A DNA stretch of 64,000 nucleotides from the human T2T-CHM13v2.0 reference genome, Homo sapiens (GCF_009914755.1 NC_060928.1), one strand, 5' to 3'; numbered from the stretch's first letter, positions 26,461 through 40,867 are shown. Numbers and translations are program-made. Notes: generated by a model from the letters alone, not told the origin.

Positions 26461-28495
26461 GATGAACTCTCCTCTCTTCTCTTTTCCATCCTTTTCCTTT
26501 TTAGGCAAAATATGTCATTGCAACCATTTGCTGTCTAGATATTGACATAGCAATCTGGCTTTGAAGATAATGGGCTGTGGAATATTTATTTCATGGATGC
26601 ATGTTGGATCCATATATCTTTTCCTACCATTGTTTTGTCTTTTGAATTTTCCAGAAGAAACTTATATTTCAAATGGGATAAGAACATAATAAAGATGTTT
26701 GTAAAATTCCTTTAATAGGAATGAAAACACTTGACTTACTATCTCAAAGGAATACAGAGAAATAGATGAGGATTTATTTTGTATTTTTAATTTCTATATG
26801 TAAAGTGTTACAAATTTGGACAAACCTCTGTTGAAGACCTAGACACAATTATAGTATTTTTAAGGAAATGCACATATGGCTACTTTTGATTATAACCAGT
26901 TGAACCTGGCTTTTTAAAAATGTGTTACCTAAAAAAGTTGTAAATGAAATAGCTGTGGGGGACTTCAGCAGTGATCAGTCTCATTTTATATCTGAAAAAT
27001 TTAGGGAAGTGAAGCAACTTGCCTGATGTGGCCATTGAAAGTTAGGAGTCAGTGAATCACCCCTTCTCTAAGTTCTGTGCAGTAGAAAGTAGTCACAAAT
27101 GCTGAAGAAATGACCACTGTGTTAATGGCAGATAATGTCAGATTAAAAAAAGCAGATGAGCTGGAGGTTAAAGTGGCAGCGTGCTGTAACCAAGCCTCCA
27201 AATCAAGCCCTTGGAGCCGCTATAAGCAGAGCTAGCTGTGCAAAGCTGACTCCACATATGATTGCCCTGCCAGCCTTGTGAAGGAGACGAGGCCTGCCTG
27301 GCCAAATCAGACACCACAGAGTGCAGTTCAAGGAGAAAGATGAGCCCTTGTGGCTTCTGTCTGAAAGAATGCCTTGTCGATGGGCAGATGCTTTCAAAAT
27401 GCCAGAAAATATTCATTTTAAGTACTATTTGCTCTGTAATTATATCTAGAGTATTAATTTGTTTAGCCTGCCTCTTTCAACCATTTGTATCTTATCAGGG
27501 AAATTGCTAACCTAGTATCTGCCTAAATTATCATGATTAATTTTTTTTTTGGTTATCACTTTTCTTATTGTTTTGTAGATTTCTCCCTTAACATCAAACA
27601 ACTTAGTATAATACTTCACAAATGAAGGTTCTTTGAAAATTCTACAGAATGTTGTTGCTGTTGCTTATTCAAATTTATATGGAGTTAGTTCTCCCAAGTC
27701 TCCAGGAGCTAGTTCATAGTTCTGAATTATAAAACTGCAAAGCCCAAAGAGAAAGGAAGAAAAATGATAGATAAGGTTGAGGGCTTTTTACCACATGGTA
27801 GTCATGATAAAATTAGGAGAAAGAATGAGTTTCTGGACACAAATAGCAGCTTATTCCCTAAAGTTAAGAATCTAGTAATGAAATATAAGGAACTACCCCT
27901 TTCTTAAGTCACCTCATTAAGCAAATTAGTTTGATATTACAGCAGGAAGAAACAGGGGCAGGCTTTAAGGACATACATTTTTAATTTAGTTCTTTATATG
28001 CCCATTTTGCCACAAAGAATCTGATGCACGTAAACCATTATTGAGAAAAGGATAACTCTTTTTTTCCAGGAATTTGGCACCTAACACATTTGCATCTAGA
28101 AGTGTGGATAAGAAAGAACTATTCAATAAAAGGCTCAGTGAATAAGTTACATATTTCAAATTTGTTAAACTCTGTGCATTTGGAAAACTCCAGGAACTAA
28201 AATAATTGGGAAGGTTGACAATGGAAGGCACATTGTCAATTGTCTCCATGTGGAATCAACAACCCTTAGGGGAAACACACGTTGGTTTATTACTTGCTAA
28301 TACTTTGTTCAGCTTCTTTCTCTTTTACTCGGTCTTTTTCTTGCTCCTTTACTCCCTTGCTCTTTCCTCCAGATAAAGTCTGGTTTTTGAGTACAGAGTA
28401 CATTAATTCAGTACCTTCAGTCTCTGCAATCATCTATCACAAATTAAAGTCATTAAAGATATTTTGCATAATGTTGACTGCAAAAAGTAGTTTTA

Positions 28496-28826
<331 letters not shown>

Positions 28827-29259
28827 AAAAGGACATTCTTTTTTCATGTAGTAAAAACAGAAAATGCAGCAGTACTTTAGCTGGATGGGTAGCTGTCTTA
28901 CAATGTATTTATTTCCATTTCTACTAATGGAACGATGTAAATGAGGTATGGCTTGATCTGTCTGCATTCACCTCTGAGCTATTTCTATGTTCTCTTGATT
29001 ATAGATGATAACTTCCTACTCTGGCAAATGGTGTGTCTTTTTCTACTCAGCAGAGTGCCAACGCGGGGCCTGTACACGGCTTGTTTCTTTGGGTCATGAT
29101 TTATTATTCTCTTGGCCATTTTATTACTATGACACTGCCTTTATGTTAATCATTTTATATTCCAAAGATTTTGAAGAGCATGCTCAGAATATGGACTATT
29201 CCTTTAAAGTCATTGCTGCTCTTTAGTTTATGAACAGAAATCAATTTTTTTATTTATCT

Positions 29260-29420
29260 CAGTGGTTCTTAACCCAGGGTGCAAGAACAGAATCACCTGG
29301 GAGGCTTTTAAAAAATTTAGACAATAATGTCTGAGTTGGGCCTGGGCTCAGAAGTGTTTTTAACCATCTTCCACCTTTCCCCAAGATGATACCACTGAGC
29401 CTTCAGAGTTGAGAATCAGA
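29260..29420. mobile_element. MER5-family hAT MITE
   Basis: cagtggttcttaac..agaatcacctgggaggctttta..gttgagaatc. Confidence 0.75.
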
Positions 29421-29459
29421 GAGCTGTGTACACAGCTGTCTTCTGCTGTTTGGAGAAGT

Positions 29460-29710
29460 AAGGCTGCAGAATAGCATAAGAGACCCCATAGCCAGCCTGT
29501 TTGGCTTCAAACCCTGGCTGCCACTTTGTACCAGTGTGACTCTAGGCAAGGTAGTTAACCACTCTGATCCTCAATTCCTTGTTTGTAAAATGAGAATGGT
29601 GATAGTAATAGAACGGAACAGAGAATTGCTAAAAGGATTACCTGAACTGATGCATATACAGCAGCTAGAATAGTGTCTGGCACATGGCATGTAGTTTATA
29701 GGCTATTAAT
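29460..29710 (+). mobile_element. MIR
   Basis: tgtgactctaggcaag..cctcaattcctt..tgtaaaatgaga..tagaatagtgtctggcacat. Confidence 0.85.
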
Positions 29711-31599
29711 AAATACTTAATTCTCACTTCCAGCATTTTTTAATTTAAAAATGTCTCCCATATGTTAAGAAGAGCCTTATTATTTGTGATTTATGCATTT
29801 TAAGTGGTTAACAAGTTGGTGCTCCTAAGCAGTGAACTAGGATTTTCTATTGTTCCCTTGTTTCCTCATCCCCATAATCACCCAGCTCAAGACAACTCAA
29901 TTAATGATGATATTATTTCAATAACATTTGATTATTTATACTCACACTTTATTCCAAAGTGACTTTGGGTACGTATCTTACAAATATATATGTAATATAT
30001 AAAGTTAAAAGAGCTGAATAAAACAAGACCAGAGGAGAAACAAGGGTAGAAAGGCAGATTAGCTTTTAAAGTCTGGCTCTCAAGAAGGTACCCTATAAGG
30101 TCCCGTACTCTTTTAGCCCAGGCCCACATTGCTGAAGCCTAAATTCATATCAAAGTGATATTTCGCATGATATGTGCAATAGTTTTCTCGCTAACACAAG
30201 AAATAGAGAAAACACTTTTATTGTTGCTGTTTTTGTAAGTGGGAAAATTTAGGCTCCAGAAAATGAAGCACATTTTTCTTGTTGATTTTACAGTCAGTGA
30301 CATTGAAATACCAATTCAAATGCTATTTGTTTTACCTGGAAATGATATAATTTATATCATAATATTAGATAAAATAGAAATTCTTTATAAATACCTGTTA
30401 GACATTACTGCCTTACAAAAGACAACTGTTTATATTCATTGTCTAAAGAAATGAGCCAAAAATGTGTGCCAGATAATGCATTTATTTCCATTTCTATGAT
30501 TCACTTTTATCAAAGTGTGCCACTGCATGTGGTTAGCCCTCAAGTCTATAAAAGGAGACTAATGAGGAGTTGAGAAGTTTGGCCTAACATTCACCCACAA
30601 TCTCCTCTGGACATCCTTCCTCTGTCTTTATTACATACCCATGTATATAATTACATGGATATAAACCTACAGCTGGATATGCAGGACACCCATCCTGAAT
30701 GGCTGCCTGGCAGATGGATAGGTTGGCCTATAATCCCTGAATAGCCAGAGAATATGGGGCCTTCTTAAGCATGAATCTGCTAAGACAAGAGAAAGACAAA
30801 GTAACTGTCAAGTCTAAATTTGTTAGAAAGCCATTTAGTACTCCAACACTGTTAGCTTCAGGCTTGATTGTGGAAACATTTCATTTTCTGTGTCAGAGGA
30901 GGCAGGTTTGTCATGTTGCACATTAATTAATGATGATGTTAAACTATCCTGGACTGTCTTGTTCCAAGACTAAAATTTTCCAAAGACCTTCAAATTTACA
31001 GTGCTCTTCAAGACTTCCCAGGGGTGTGTATAGCTGTGTGTGTGACGAATATATGTATATACACACTATTCTTCCCATTTAGCAAATACTTAACCCCATT
31101 GAACATGATATGCTGGCAGACAAAGTGAGAATATAAGGTGGTATCTCCGGGCTAATCTAATTTTGGTTTTGGTCTTAAGATTGATAGTATCTATATTTCT
31201 GACTGATAGTTTTTCAATTCTCATATTTTTACCAAAAGATGAAGGATGTTAGAGTATAGAATCTTCATCTGTGTTTTTTTATTCAGCACATAGATAATGA
31301 TAGCTTTTAATTTCTTTCTTTAGCTTCAGGGTAACTTGTGGGTTGTACTTAAAAATAAAATTATCCTTCTTTATGTACCATTTACTGCCTTATGGGATTA
31401 GTCATTATCACCAGAAGCGCTGCCCATTCATTCATCGGTTGGTACATGGCCCTAGGCTAAGTGTTGTGCAGAATATAGAGAACAGTGGTAACCAAAAAAA
31501 CTTACATGGTAGTGGGAAAAGCATGGATTTTGTTGTCTAGTCTAGGTTTGAATCTCTATTATTAATTTGCTGAGAAAATTCTCAGTTCTCTTCCTTTAC

Positions 31600-32545
31600 A
31601 TGTCTATCCTTTTGCCTGTTTACACTGTCTTGATTAATGTAGTTTTGTAGCAAGTTTTGAAATCAGGAAGAGTGAGTTTTCTAGTTTTGTTTTTTTTCAA
31701 GTTTGGCTTTCCTGTTTTGGATCTTTTGAATTTAAAGATTAGCTTGTCAATTTCTGCAAAAAAATGTCAGCAGGTATTTTGATAGTGATTGTAGTGAATC
31801 TTTAGATCAATTTGGGGAGCATTGCCATCTTAACCACATTCAGTCTTTCAATCCAGGAACATAAAATGTCTTTCTATTTAGGCCTTTATTGATTTAATGA
31901 AATTTTGTAGTTTTCAGTGTACTCATGTTGCACTTTTTTGTTAGGTTTATTCCTAAGTATTTTAGTCTTTATAATGCTGTTATCAATGGAATTGTTTCCT
32001 CACATTTATTTCTAGTTTGTTTATTGCTAGTCTATAGCATTACAACTGATCTTTGTATATTGGTATTGTGTTCTGTAGCTGTGCTGAACTCATTAGCTAT
32101 AGTGTGTGTGTGTATGTGTGTGAATTTCTTCATGTTTTGTATATGCAAATTATGCAACCTGCAAATAAAGATTATTTTATTTCTTGCTTTCCGATCTGGA
32201 TACTTCTATTTCTTTTTCTTGCCTAGTTTCCCTTGTAAGGTATAGAAGTGGCAAGGGTTGAAATTCTTTTGTTACTGATTACAGGGGGAAACCTTTCACT
32301 CTTTCACCATTATAATGCAAGCTGTAGGGGTTTTTTGGCAGATGTCCTTTACCAGGTTAAGGAAGTCCCTTAATATGTTCATTTGTTCAGTGTTTTTTTA
32401 AATCATAAAAGGATTTTGGATTTTGTAAAATGTTTTGTTTGAAATTATTGAGACAATCATGTATTTTTATCTTTTATTCAATTAATATGGTATATTACAA
32501 TGATTGATTTTCAAATGTTGAACCAATCTTACATTCCTGTGCTAA
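31600..32545 (-). mobile_element. L1M ORF2 fragment
   Basis: cactgtcttgatta, tagatcaatttgggga..attgccatcttaac, ttgttaggtttattcctaagtattt, gttgaaccaatcttacattcc. Confidence 0.88.
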
Positions 32546-33430
32546 ACCCCATTTTAAATATCATTATTTTCACATCACCAGCCTACAGCAATGATTTTTA
32601 AGTGGAAGCTTCAGAGCATTAATTCCATGCAATTCTAATAGTTGCTCCATGAAAAAAAAGAGATTTGTTAAGTAAGTTTGGGAAGTGCTGGGTTAGTGTT
32701 ACGAAGATTGTTTTACAGTGGAATAGACTCTCCAAGAGAGAGGTATGGTCTGCTATGTATCATAAGCTTATTTGGCAAGGATATTCTGTGAGATTATTTT
32801 TCCATCAAATATACTTTGAAATACTTTGGTCCCAAGAATTTTGATTAATCTTCTCTATCAGGTGATAGTGAACCAGAAAAACTTAAACCTGATAGGATCA
32901 TCAATTTTTAAACTATATATTTCTGTTTAGAAAAATTCATTGAACATTCAATAAATATTTATAGAACATCTTTTATGTGCTAGGTATTCTTCTAGGCTCT
33001 AGAAAGACAGCCCCGGGGGGAAAAAACTACAAAAGAAATCTCTGCTCTTGTGGAGCTTATATTCTGGAAGAGAGGCAAACAGTAAACACAAAGAAGTATG
33101 CACAATATCAAGTACGTTAGTAAGCATTATATAATTACATTAAAAAGGAAAATAAGTTTAAGAGGTTTTGGAAATTCTGGATGGAATGATGGTTGGCACA
33201 TTGGACTATTTAATAGGACACTCAGGATAAGCCTTATTGAAATGGTGACATTAGTCATTAGTAAGGAAGGTGAGAGAATATCTAATTTGTCCAAAAACAG
33301 CAAAGACGTCAATATGGGTGAAGTGGACCATGTGAGGGAAGAACAGTAGGAGTTATCTCTTACCTGAATTAGTGCAGTGGTCTCCTAACTAATTTCACTG
33401 CTTCTACTTTTGCCCCTCAGTTGAGAGTAG

Positions 33431-33432
<2 letters not shown>

Positions 33433-33472
<40 letters not shown>
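33433..33472. repeat. (TG)20 microsatellite
   Basis: Direct reading. Confidence 0.98.
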
Positions 33473-33474
<2 letters not shown>

Positions 33475-33600
33475 ATGTTTAGGGGTGGGAATTACAGACA
33501 CAATAGTATTTAGGAGGCTATTTTGTGATCCATGTAAGAAATGATGGGGGCTCAAACCAGGAATGAGGATGAGGAGAAGTGTTCATATTCTGGGTATTTT

Positions 33601-33675
33601 GTTTCTTTAATTTTTATTTTATTTTTATTATTTTAAAAATAGAGACAGGGTCTTGCTGTGTTGCCCAAGCTTGTG
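33601..33675 (-). mobile_element. Tiny 5'-truncated Alu/FLAM fragment
   Basis: T-tail plus tagagacagggtcttgctgtgttgcccaagct; TSD tattctgggtatttt / tattctgggcatttt. Confidence 0.8.
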
Positions 33676-34106
33676 TTTATTCTGGGCATTTTGAATGTAG
33701 AGTAAACAGGATCTCCTGGAAGCTTGGATAAGAGGTCTGAGAGAAGGAGAGGAGTCAAAGATTCTAAAGTTTTAGTCTTGTGCAACTCTTAAGATAGAGT
33801 TGCATCAACAGGCAAGGGAAGAGATGAGGGTGGAAAAGATTTGTGGAGGAAAGTCAAGATTTCAGTTTTGGAACGTGTTGCATTGGAGATTTCTGTGAGA
33901 CCTCTTATATATGTTAACCCAACATAGGAATTAAAACACAATGGTCTCTCATTGGCTTGATAAAGTGTGCCTTTTACCCAATACCAGCAGAGACACTAAC
34001 CTACTAATACTGTACATTAAGAATATCTAAAGAAATGAGAAAAAACTCAGAATTGAATAGATGTTGTTTATAATATTTGTTCTTTAATTTGTATCCTCTC
34101 TCTCTC

Positions 34107-34411
34107 TTTTTTTTTTTTTTTTTGTTTTTTTTTGAGACAGAATCTCGCTCTTTCACCCAGGCCGGAGTGCAGTGGCGCGATCTCGGCTCACTGCAAGCTC
34201 CGCCTCCCGGGTTCACGCCATTCTCCTGCCTCAGCCGCCCCGAGTACCTGGGACTATGCCCACCGCCATGCCCGGCTAATTTTTTGTATTTTTAGTAGAG
34301 ACGGCCTTTCACCATGTTAGCCAGGATGGTCTAGATCTCCTGACCTCGTGATCCGCCCGCCTCGGCCTTCCAAAGTGCTGGGATTACAGGCGTGAGCCAC
34401 CGCGCCCGGCC
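34107..34411 (-). mobile_element. AluY
   Basis: Y diagnostics gcaagctccg, ttcacgccattc, ttagccaggatggt; CpG-rich; TSD ctctctctct. Confidence 0.95.
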
Positions 34412-34749
34412 CTCTCTCTCTATTTCTAAGAAACGGACTGCTTTTTAGAACTTGCCTTATTCATGAACTAAGTAGATCTTACTTAAAATATTTTTGGATC
34501 CTATCCTACCAAAAACAAACAAATAAACAAAACACCCCTCCCCCCCGCGAAAACAACAAACAAATAAACAAAAAATTCATTTGTCTTTTTATGGAGTGAG
34601 TAATCATTCTTCAAGCCCTTTGCTTTTAAAATGCACATCCAGGGCTGACACATAACTGTGAATGAATTAATGGGATGGATTTCCTCCAGCAATTAAAGAG
34701 GCAACAGAGGCAGCTGGGAAATGACTAGTGACTAAGAAGAAACTGTATT

Positions 34750-35165
34750 CTGTAGGCTTATCCAGAATCATATGGCATTGATGACTGTCATTCTAGGAAT
34801 ATTTTAGACTAATTTCCCAGCTTCCCTTACAGTGAGGTGTGGCCATATGACTGAGTTCCAGCCAATGGAATATAAATGGAAGTGGTATTTGTCTCTCTCC
34901 CAGGTCTGGTCTAGGAAATCTTTCTACTTGAACTACTTGTTATTTGATTTTTTTATTAGATGAAGACAAGGATGGCCATATTGGAAGCAACATGTTGAAG
35001 ACAATGGAGCCAATACTGGAAGAAGCTTGGGTCTCTGAATTTCTGCTGAAAGGAGATCATCTGTCAGTTGAGAACTCCTATTTTGGACTTTACATGAGTG
35101 AGAAATAAACTTCTGTATTTGTAAGTTTATTTCTTATAGCAGCTAATGTTCTCAAAATTAATACA
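34750..35165 (+). mobile_element. MLT1J-like MaLR LTR
   Basis: ttcccagcttccctt..tggccatatgactgagttc..gccaatggaat, tgagtgagaaataaactt, taataca end. Confidence 0.8.
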
Positions 35166-36014
35166 AAGAGAGAAATGGGGATTAAAAGCACACTTGGCTT
35201 ACTGCTCACATTTCCCTATTTAGTTCTGTAGTTTGGAGGCAGTTGTTTCCTTCAAGTCTCCTACAAGACTAAAGTTAAGTAGTGGAATTACAAGCATGTG
35301 CTTTTAAATGCAAGGTTTAAATGGATCTCATGAAATATTGCGTATTCCGTAGTATTGACTTAAACATTACTTCAAAGATGTATATCTTTGAGGCCTGAGC
35401 AAATTGACATAACTGAGATGTTCAGTTTTTCCAATTTAATTTGTGTTGTCAGCTAAATCTGTTTACAGAATACATGGCGGTATTTAGAAATCTAATTCAA
35501 TGCTCTACTTGAAAATCTCTGATCATGCTTTTGGATCAGAGCTTTTCTCAAATATTACATCCTTTCTAGGATTGTATTTATTTGCAAAAGCATTTCCTTA
35601 GAAGTTTTAAAACTGTTTAATATATTCATTCTTTGTTTTTATAGGCATACTGAGTAAAGCCCATATTTTCAATTTCATATACATGTCTGCCAGGAAAAAA
35701 ATTGTTTTCAGCATGGGACACATCTTCTGTAATGACTCCTTGTCAAATATGTACTCTTCAAAATAAAGTACAAAAAGTTGTGAGTTTTCCAATCTTAGAG
35801 GAAAAGAGTAAGTAAATTAACATTCTATAAGAAAGTAAAGATACCAGTGAGTAAAAATTTTCCAGTATTTAAACCCTAATTTAGTTTTGTGTGTAGTCAA
35901 ATACCACCTGGTATAGTATACATTGAGCATTGGCAAGCTCCTCCTCCACTATTACCTTGAGGAAGGTGACATAGGGTCTCAAATTTATTGTTTAGCTTGC
36001 AATATTTTTAATAA

Positions 36015-36255
36015 TAATAATAATGAAATTTTATTGAGCACTTAGTATGTATCAGGGGCTGTGTAAAGCACTTGTTATGAATCTTTTTATTTAATTCTCA
36101 ATATGACCCTATAAGGAGGCTGTAATTATTTTCCACTTTCCTAGTGAAGAAATTGAAGCACAGATAAGCTAAGGGTTGCTCAGGGTTGTATTTGGTATGT
36201 GAGAAAGCTAGTTACTGAATAGTCTGGCTGTCTGGCTCTATAGCCCATCATCAAT
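36015..36255 (-). mobile_element. MIR
   Basis: ttattgagcactta, atttaattctca, gaaattgaagcacaga. Confidence 0.8.
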
Positions 36256-36354
36256 ATTCCTGAAAAAGTTAATATTAATTTTCATTAAGTATAAATCAAG
36301 TCATCAATTTTATTAATAATTGTACATATTAGGTGTACATATTAGGTGTGCTAA

Positions 36355-36678
<324 letters not shown>

Positions 36679-36689
36679 CTATTAGTATT

Positions 36690-36870
36690 TATCCTTATAT
36701 TAGTCATATATTAATACTTACGTTTATTCTTATGGTTATATAAGTATATATAAAGTTACACTATACCTTATATGGTTATACTTATATGAGTATAGTTATA
36801 CGACTTACTATAAGTAATGCCGTATTTATATTAGTATATATACTTATATTAATATATAAATGCTATATGC
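36690..36870. repeat. AT-rich low-complexity region with degenerate cttatatggttata units
   Basis: Direct reading. Confidence 0.6.
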
Positions 36871-37617
36871 TGTAAAAAAAACTAAATCAGGGTTTAAAAA
36901 CTGGAAAATTTTTTTAACTGTTACCTAAATCTGTAAAGAAAATTTAAAACAATTATATATGTGTTGTAAACATACAGATATACCATAGGATTGTACTATA
37001 TGGTAATATGGTATACTAAAATAACTTATAGTCACATAAATAATAATCACTGCAAAGTTCAATTAAATACAATATTAAAAACATCATTATTTTGTACTAA
37101 TTTGGGAAAAGTTCAGTCCTATTTATATAAAAAGTATGAAATATAAAATACATTAGATAAAGCACTGATGATATCTTTAAAAATATAAATGAGTTTCTTG
37201 ATGGCTAGTCTTTTTTAAAAATCTGCAGCACTAGTCCCGTGTCTGGCATATACAGTTTAAATAAATAAATAAAGGATGACTTCAAGCTTCCTTTAGACCT
37301 GCTTCACATTAATGAATCACTAATGTGATTCATTATCTAACAAATTTATTATCAATTATCTATATTAATTTATAAATAATTCTAATAGTTTTATGCTAGT
37401 TCTTATAACTAGCTCATGCCCTTATGAAAGTTAAACTTTTAATCTATAATGGTTTTTACATTATTAATGCAATTATCTGACATTTTCTTCAAAGTACAAA
37501 TGTCAATGGTAAACTAGTTCAATCCATGTGAAAAGACTATGGTTTCCAAAATAGTAAATTTGGAGTTTATGAAATTGCATTGTACTGCTGGATGTGATAA
37601 CTAGAAAGGCATATTCT

Positions 37618-37791
37618 AGAGCTGCACTATCCTGTCTGATAGTTGTTAACTACGTGTGGCTATTTAACTTTAAATTTATTAAAATTAAAATAAAATAAAA
37701 TTAAAAATTCAGTTACTCATTTGGACCAGTGGCAACCATATTGAATGGCATAGATACAGAATACATCCAAATGCTCCATTAGACAGTGCTG
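37618..37791. mobile_element. MER3-like hAT MITE
   Basis: acgtgtggctattta..aaaattcagtt..agtggcaaccatattg..ttagacagtgctg. Confidence 0.75.
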
Positions 37792-39939
37792 TTCTGAAAA
37801 AAGGGAGAAATGATCACATGAATCAATTAGACTTGTGGATAATTTACAAACCTCACTTTTGCTCGTAAACTCTTCTTTTCTGTTTCCTCCTCAAAGCCAC
37901 CCACTAATAAATACCATGACTAGACTGAGTTTAAAGCCTTGCTTGTCCCCTTTCTTTAGCTCTGGAGAAGGTGCTAATGATGGGCAAAGCAAGCCTAAAG
38001 GAGGCAAAAAAGGAAAGCAAAAGCAAGAAGCAGGGTAATGCACAAATTGCACAGTAAGCTTTTCTGTGATCAAGAAAGTTGTCTATGATACATCGTAGAT
38101 GAGTTATTTCAGTTTATAGCTTTCAGTGAGTAAAAATGTCCTTAAAGGAAGTAGAATAGTACTGGGGAGTACTATGTGATTCATCAGTTGAGTAATTAGC
38201 CTAAAATTAAATGCTGCACATAGAAAAGGAAATTAGAAACAGCAAATATAAATGGACAAAGGTATATTCCAAATTTTTAAATAACAATACAATTTAACTG
38301 CTGCAGAAGATTGAATTTTTCCTTGAAGTTTACACACTTACAGGATTGGAATTTCTGGTGCTTTCTTCCTTTCAGCGATCAGCCCCTTCAGTTGTCTCTT
38401 GATTTCTAGGTTTCCAGCACAACCACTAGCTCTCCCCTAGATGCTAACATCCTACCCTGAACTTTTCAACTTGGGATTCCTGTCTCAAACGTAGTCTAAA
38501 AAAATGACTGATTACATCTGAGTGGGTTTCCAAGGCCATGGCACAGTATCAGCTATGTTCCAGAAAAGTTCCCATTTCCATTATAAATGCATTAATTCTT
38601 ACCCTCTTACTGACCCAATTGTGTTAGGTCACTGTAATTAGATCTCTTCCAGTCACGATCTTCTCTTTTTCAAGCTTCACTTTAATCTATCTCTTTTTCA
38701 GACATGACATAATAAATATCAGACTTCAAAAATTTGCAAGGACAAGCAAAAAGAAAAAGGTGTTTGCACATTGGTGCAGACATAATTCACTGCAGTGTTT
38801 AACCTTTGTCTTATTAAAACAAACTCTAGCTTTGGGAAAAATACTACAGGAAATAATGTCTCATATTTGCTTCTAAGTGTAGTTGAGACATTTAAAATAA
38901 AATATTTAGCCATTTAAACAAAGCTTTCACTTTTCAGCACCAAGTGACCCTAAGTTTTACAACTTACTATGAATTGTTCATACACTGCGTTGTGTAAGAT
39001 GCATTAATTTTATCTTAGTAGAATTAATAGAGAATATTTACCAGAGTGTTTTAGGAGGCCTTGAATCATTTTAGTGCCATAGTTTGAAATGAGCAAAAAA
39101 TAAATATAGAAAATTATAATTTCTAATAATTTCTTCTTAGGCTACCGTGTCCAGTTACATACTGGTCGTCACCTAGCCTAAGGCATGTTCAAGCCTTAAT
39201 GAGTATAATCTACAGAAGAACTTTGAGCCTTCCTGGAATTACTTAATTTTTGGGACATGTTTCTTTAATAGCCACAACATTTTCTAGACGTGAAAAACTT
39301 ATTGTAGAGTTAAGCTTGGGAGCATGATAATTTTTTCAGAAAGTCAAGAAGTACAGACTTGACTCAGAGCTAGAACAAGACTTCAATATTTATCTGGCAT
39401 GGAGGAATAGATAAGGGAATAAAATGAGTGGATAAAGTGTAGTAGAAATCCATGCTTGGAACTAAGCTATGCCTACTGCTAAAGCTCAGACTTTTGCTGG
39501 ACTTTGTATACAGATGGTCTGAGTCTATTTGAATGAAGAACTCAGCAACCTCCTTGGAGAGTCATCATCTTAAAGAGAAGAGGGATTAAGGTATAACTGG
39601 AACAAAATCTTCATTACTGGGGTTGAATTTCAATTTTGAATACAGCTATCCTGATCTGGCTTCCATAATCTTAACTCTGAATTCTTGGGGTTGAGAGATG
39701 TCTTCTCTGCACCTTCCAGTTTTCTTAGTTTTCTTTTTTCTTTTCTTTTATTATTATTATTTTTTTGGTCAAGTACTTCAAAGCTAGATTAAGGTGCTTT
39801 CTTGTTCCTTCGAAGGGCCACAAGTCAGTGTTGTATACGTTCAAAAGAGCAGACAGACTGATACTTACGTGTAGGTAATCTTCCAATTCTTTCTTTTTCA
39901 TTTTAGGTGACACCCTTAAGTAAAATCAGACAACATTAG

Positions 39940-40865
39940 AAGCCCTTAATCTATGCCAAGCACTAGGGACACAACGAAGAGCAAGACAGATAGTCTTTTC
40001 CTTGATAATTATAGTCTCATGGAGGACCTCAAAAATACGTACTACATTGGGAGGCAGAGGCGGGCAGATCATGAGGTCAGGTGTTTGAGATCAGCCTGAC
40101 CAACATGGTGAAACCCTGTCTCTACTAAAAATACAAAAATTAGCCAGGCATGGTGGTGTGCACCTGTAGTCCCAGCTACTCAGGAGGCTGAGGCAGGAGA
40201 ATCGCTCGGACCCGGGAAGTGGAGGTTCAGTTAGCCGAGATCGCGCCACTGCACTCCAGCCTGGGCGACAGAGCGAGACTCCGTCTCAAAAAAAAAAAAA
40301 TAAAATAAAAAATAAATAAATAAATAAATAAGTACTACATTAATTACATAATTACAAGACTGTTTGTTAAAGCATATGTGGGGGAACCTAATCTGATGGA
40401 ATTCAGGTAAAGAAAGCCTCTTAGAGTGTGATTAAATTGATAGTTAAGGGACGGGTCGAATTAGGTAAATGAAACATAGGGAAAGCATTACAAGAACAAA
40501 AAAGAGCATGTGCAAGGACCCTGGGGGCAAGAATGAATCTGCAATGTTTGAAAAAGAGAAAGAAGCAAGTGTGGCTGTTGCAAATAGATTAAGGAGATCT
40601 GAGAGAGATGAGGCTGGGTAATAGCCAGGCACCAGGTGGTAAAAGCTCTCTCAGCCATGGTGAAGGTTTTAATTTTGCCCTAAGACTAACGGGAAGCCAT
40701 AAAAGTGTTTTGAATAGAAAATGACATGACTAGAATTGCCTTATTAAAAGCTCTGTTTGGCTTTCATTGGTAAATGGATTACAAGGTAGCCAGAATGAAT
40801 TTAGGAACCTGATTAGGAGGCTATGGCAATAACCAAACCAAGACGTGTTTGTGACTTTGGGCTAG
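39940..40865 (-). mobile_element. L2 fragments (host of an Alu)
   Basis: gcatgtgcaaggaccctg, gggaagccat..gtgtttt, ttaggaggctatggcaataa. Confidence 0.8.
40049..40325 (+). mobile_element. 5'-truncated AluS (Sg-like)
   Basis: Begins at gggaggc; (TAAA)n tail; 16-bp TSD aaatacgtactacatt / aaataagtactacatt. Confidence 0.93.
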
Positions 40866-40867
40866 GG

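Larger units (their letters stand above)
32935..33900 (-). mobile_element. L2 3' region
   Basis: cattcaataaatattta..tgtgctagg, ctgctcttgtggagcttatattct, gaggagtcaaaga, ttcagttttggaacgtgt. Confidence 0.85.
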
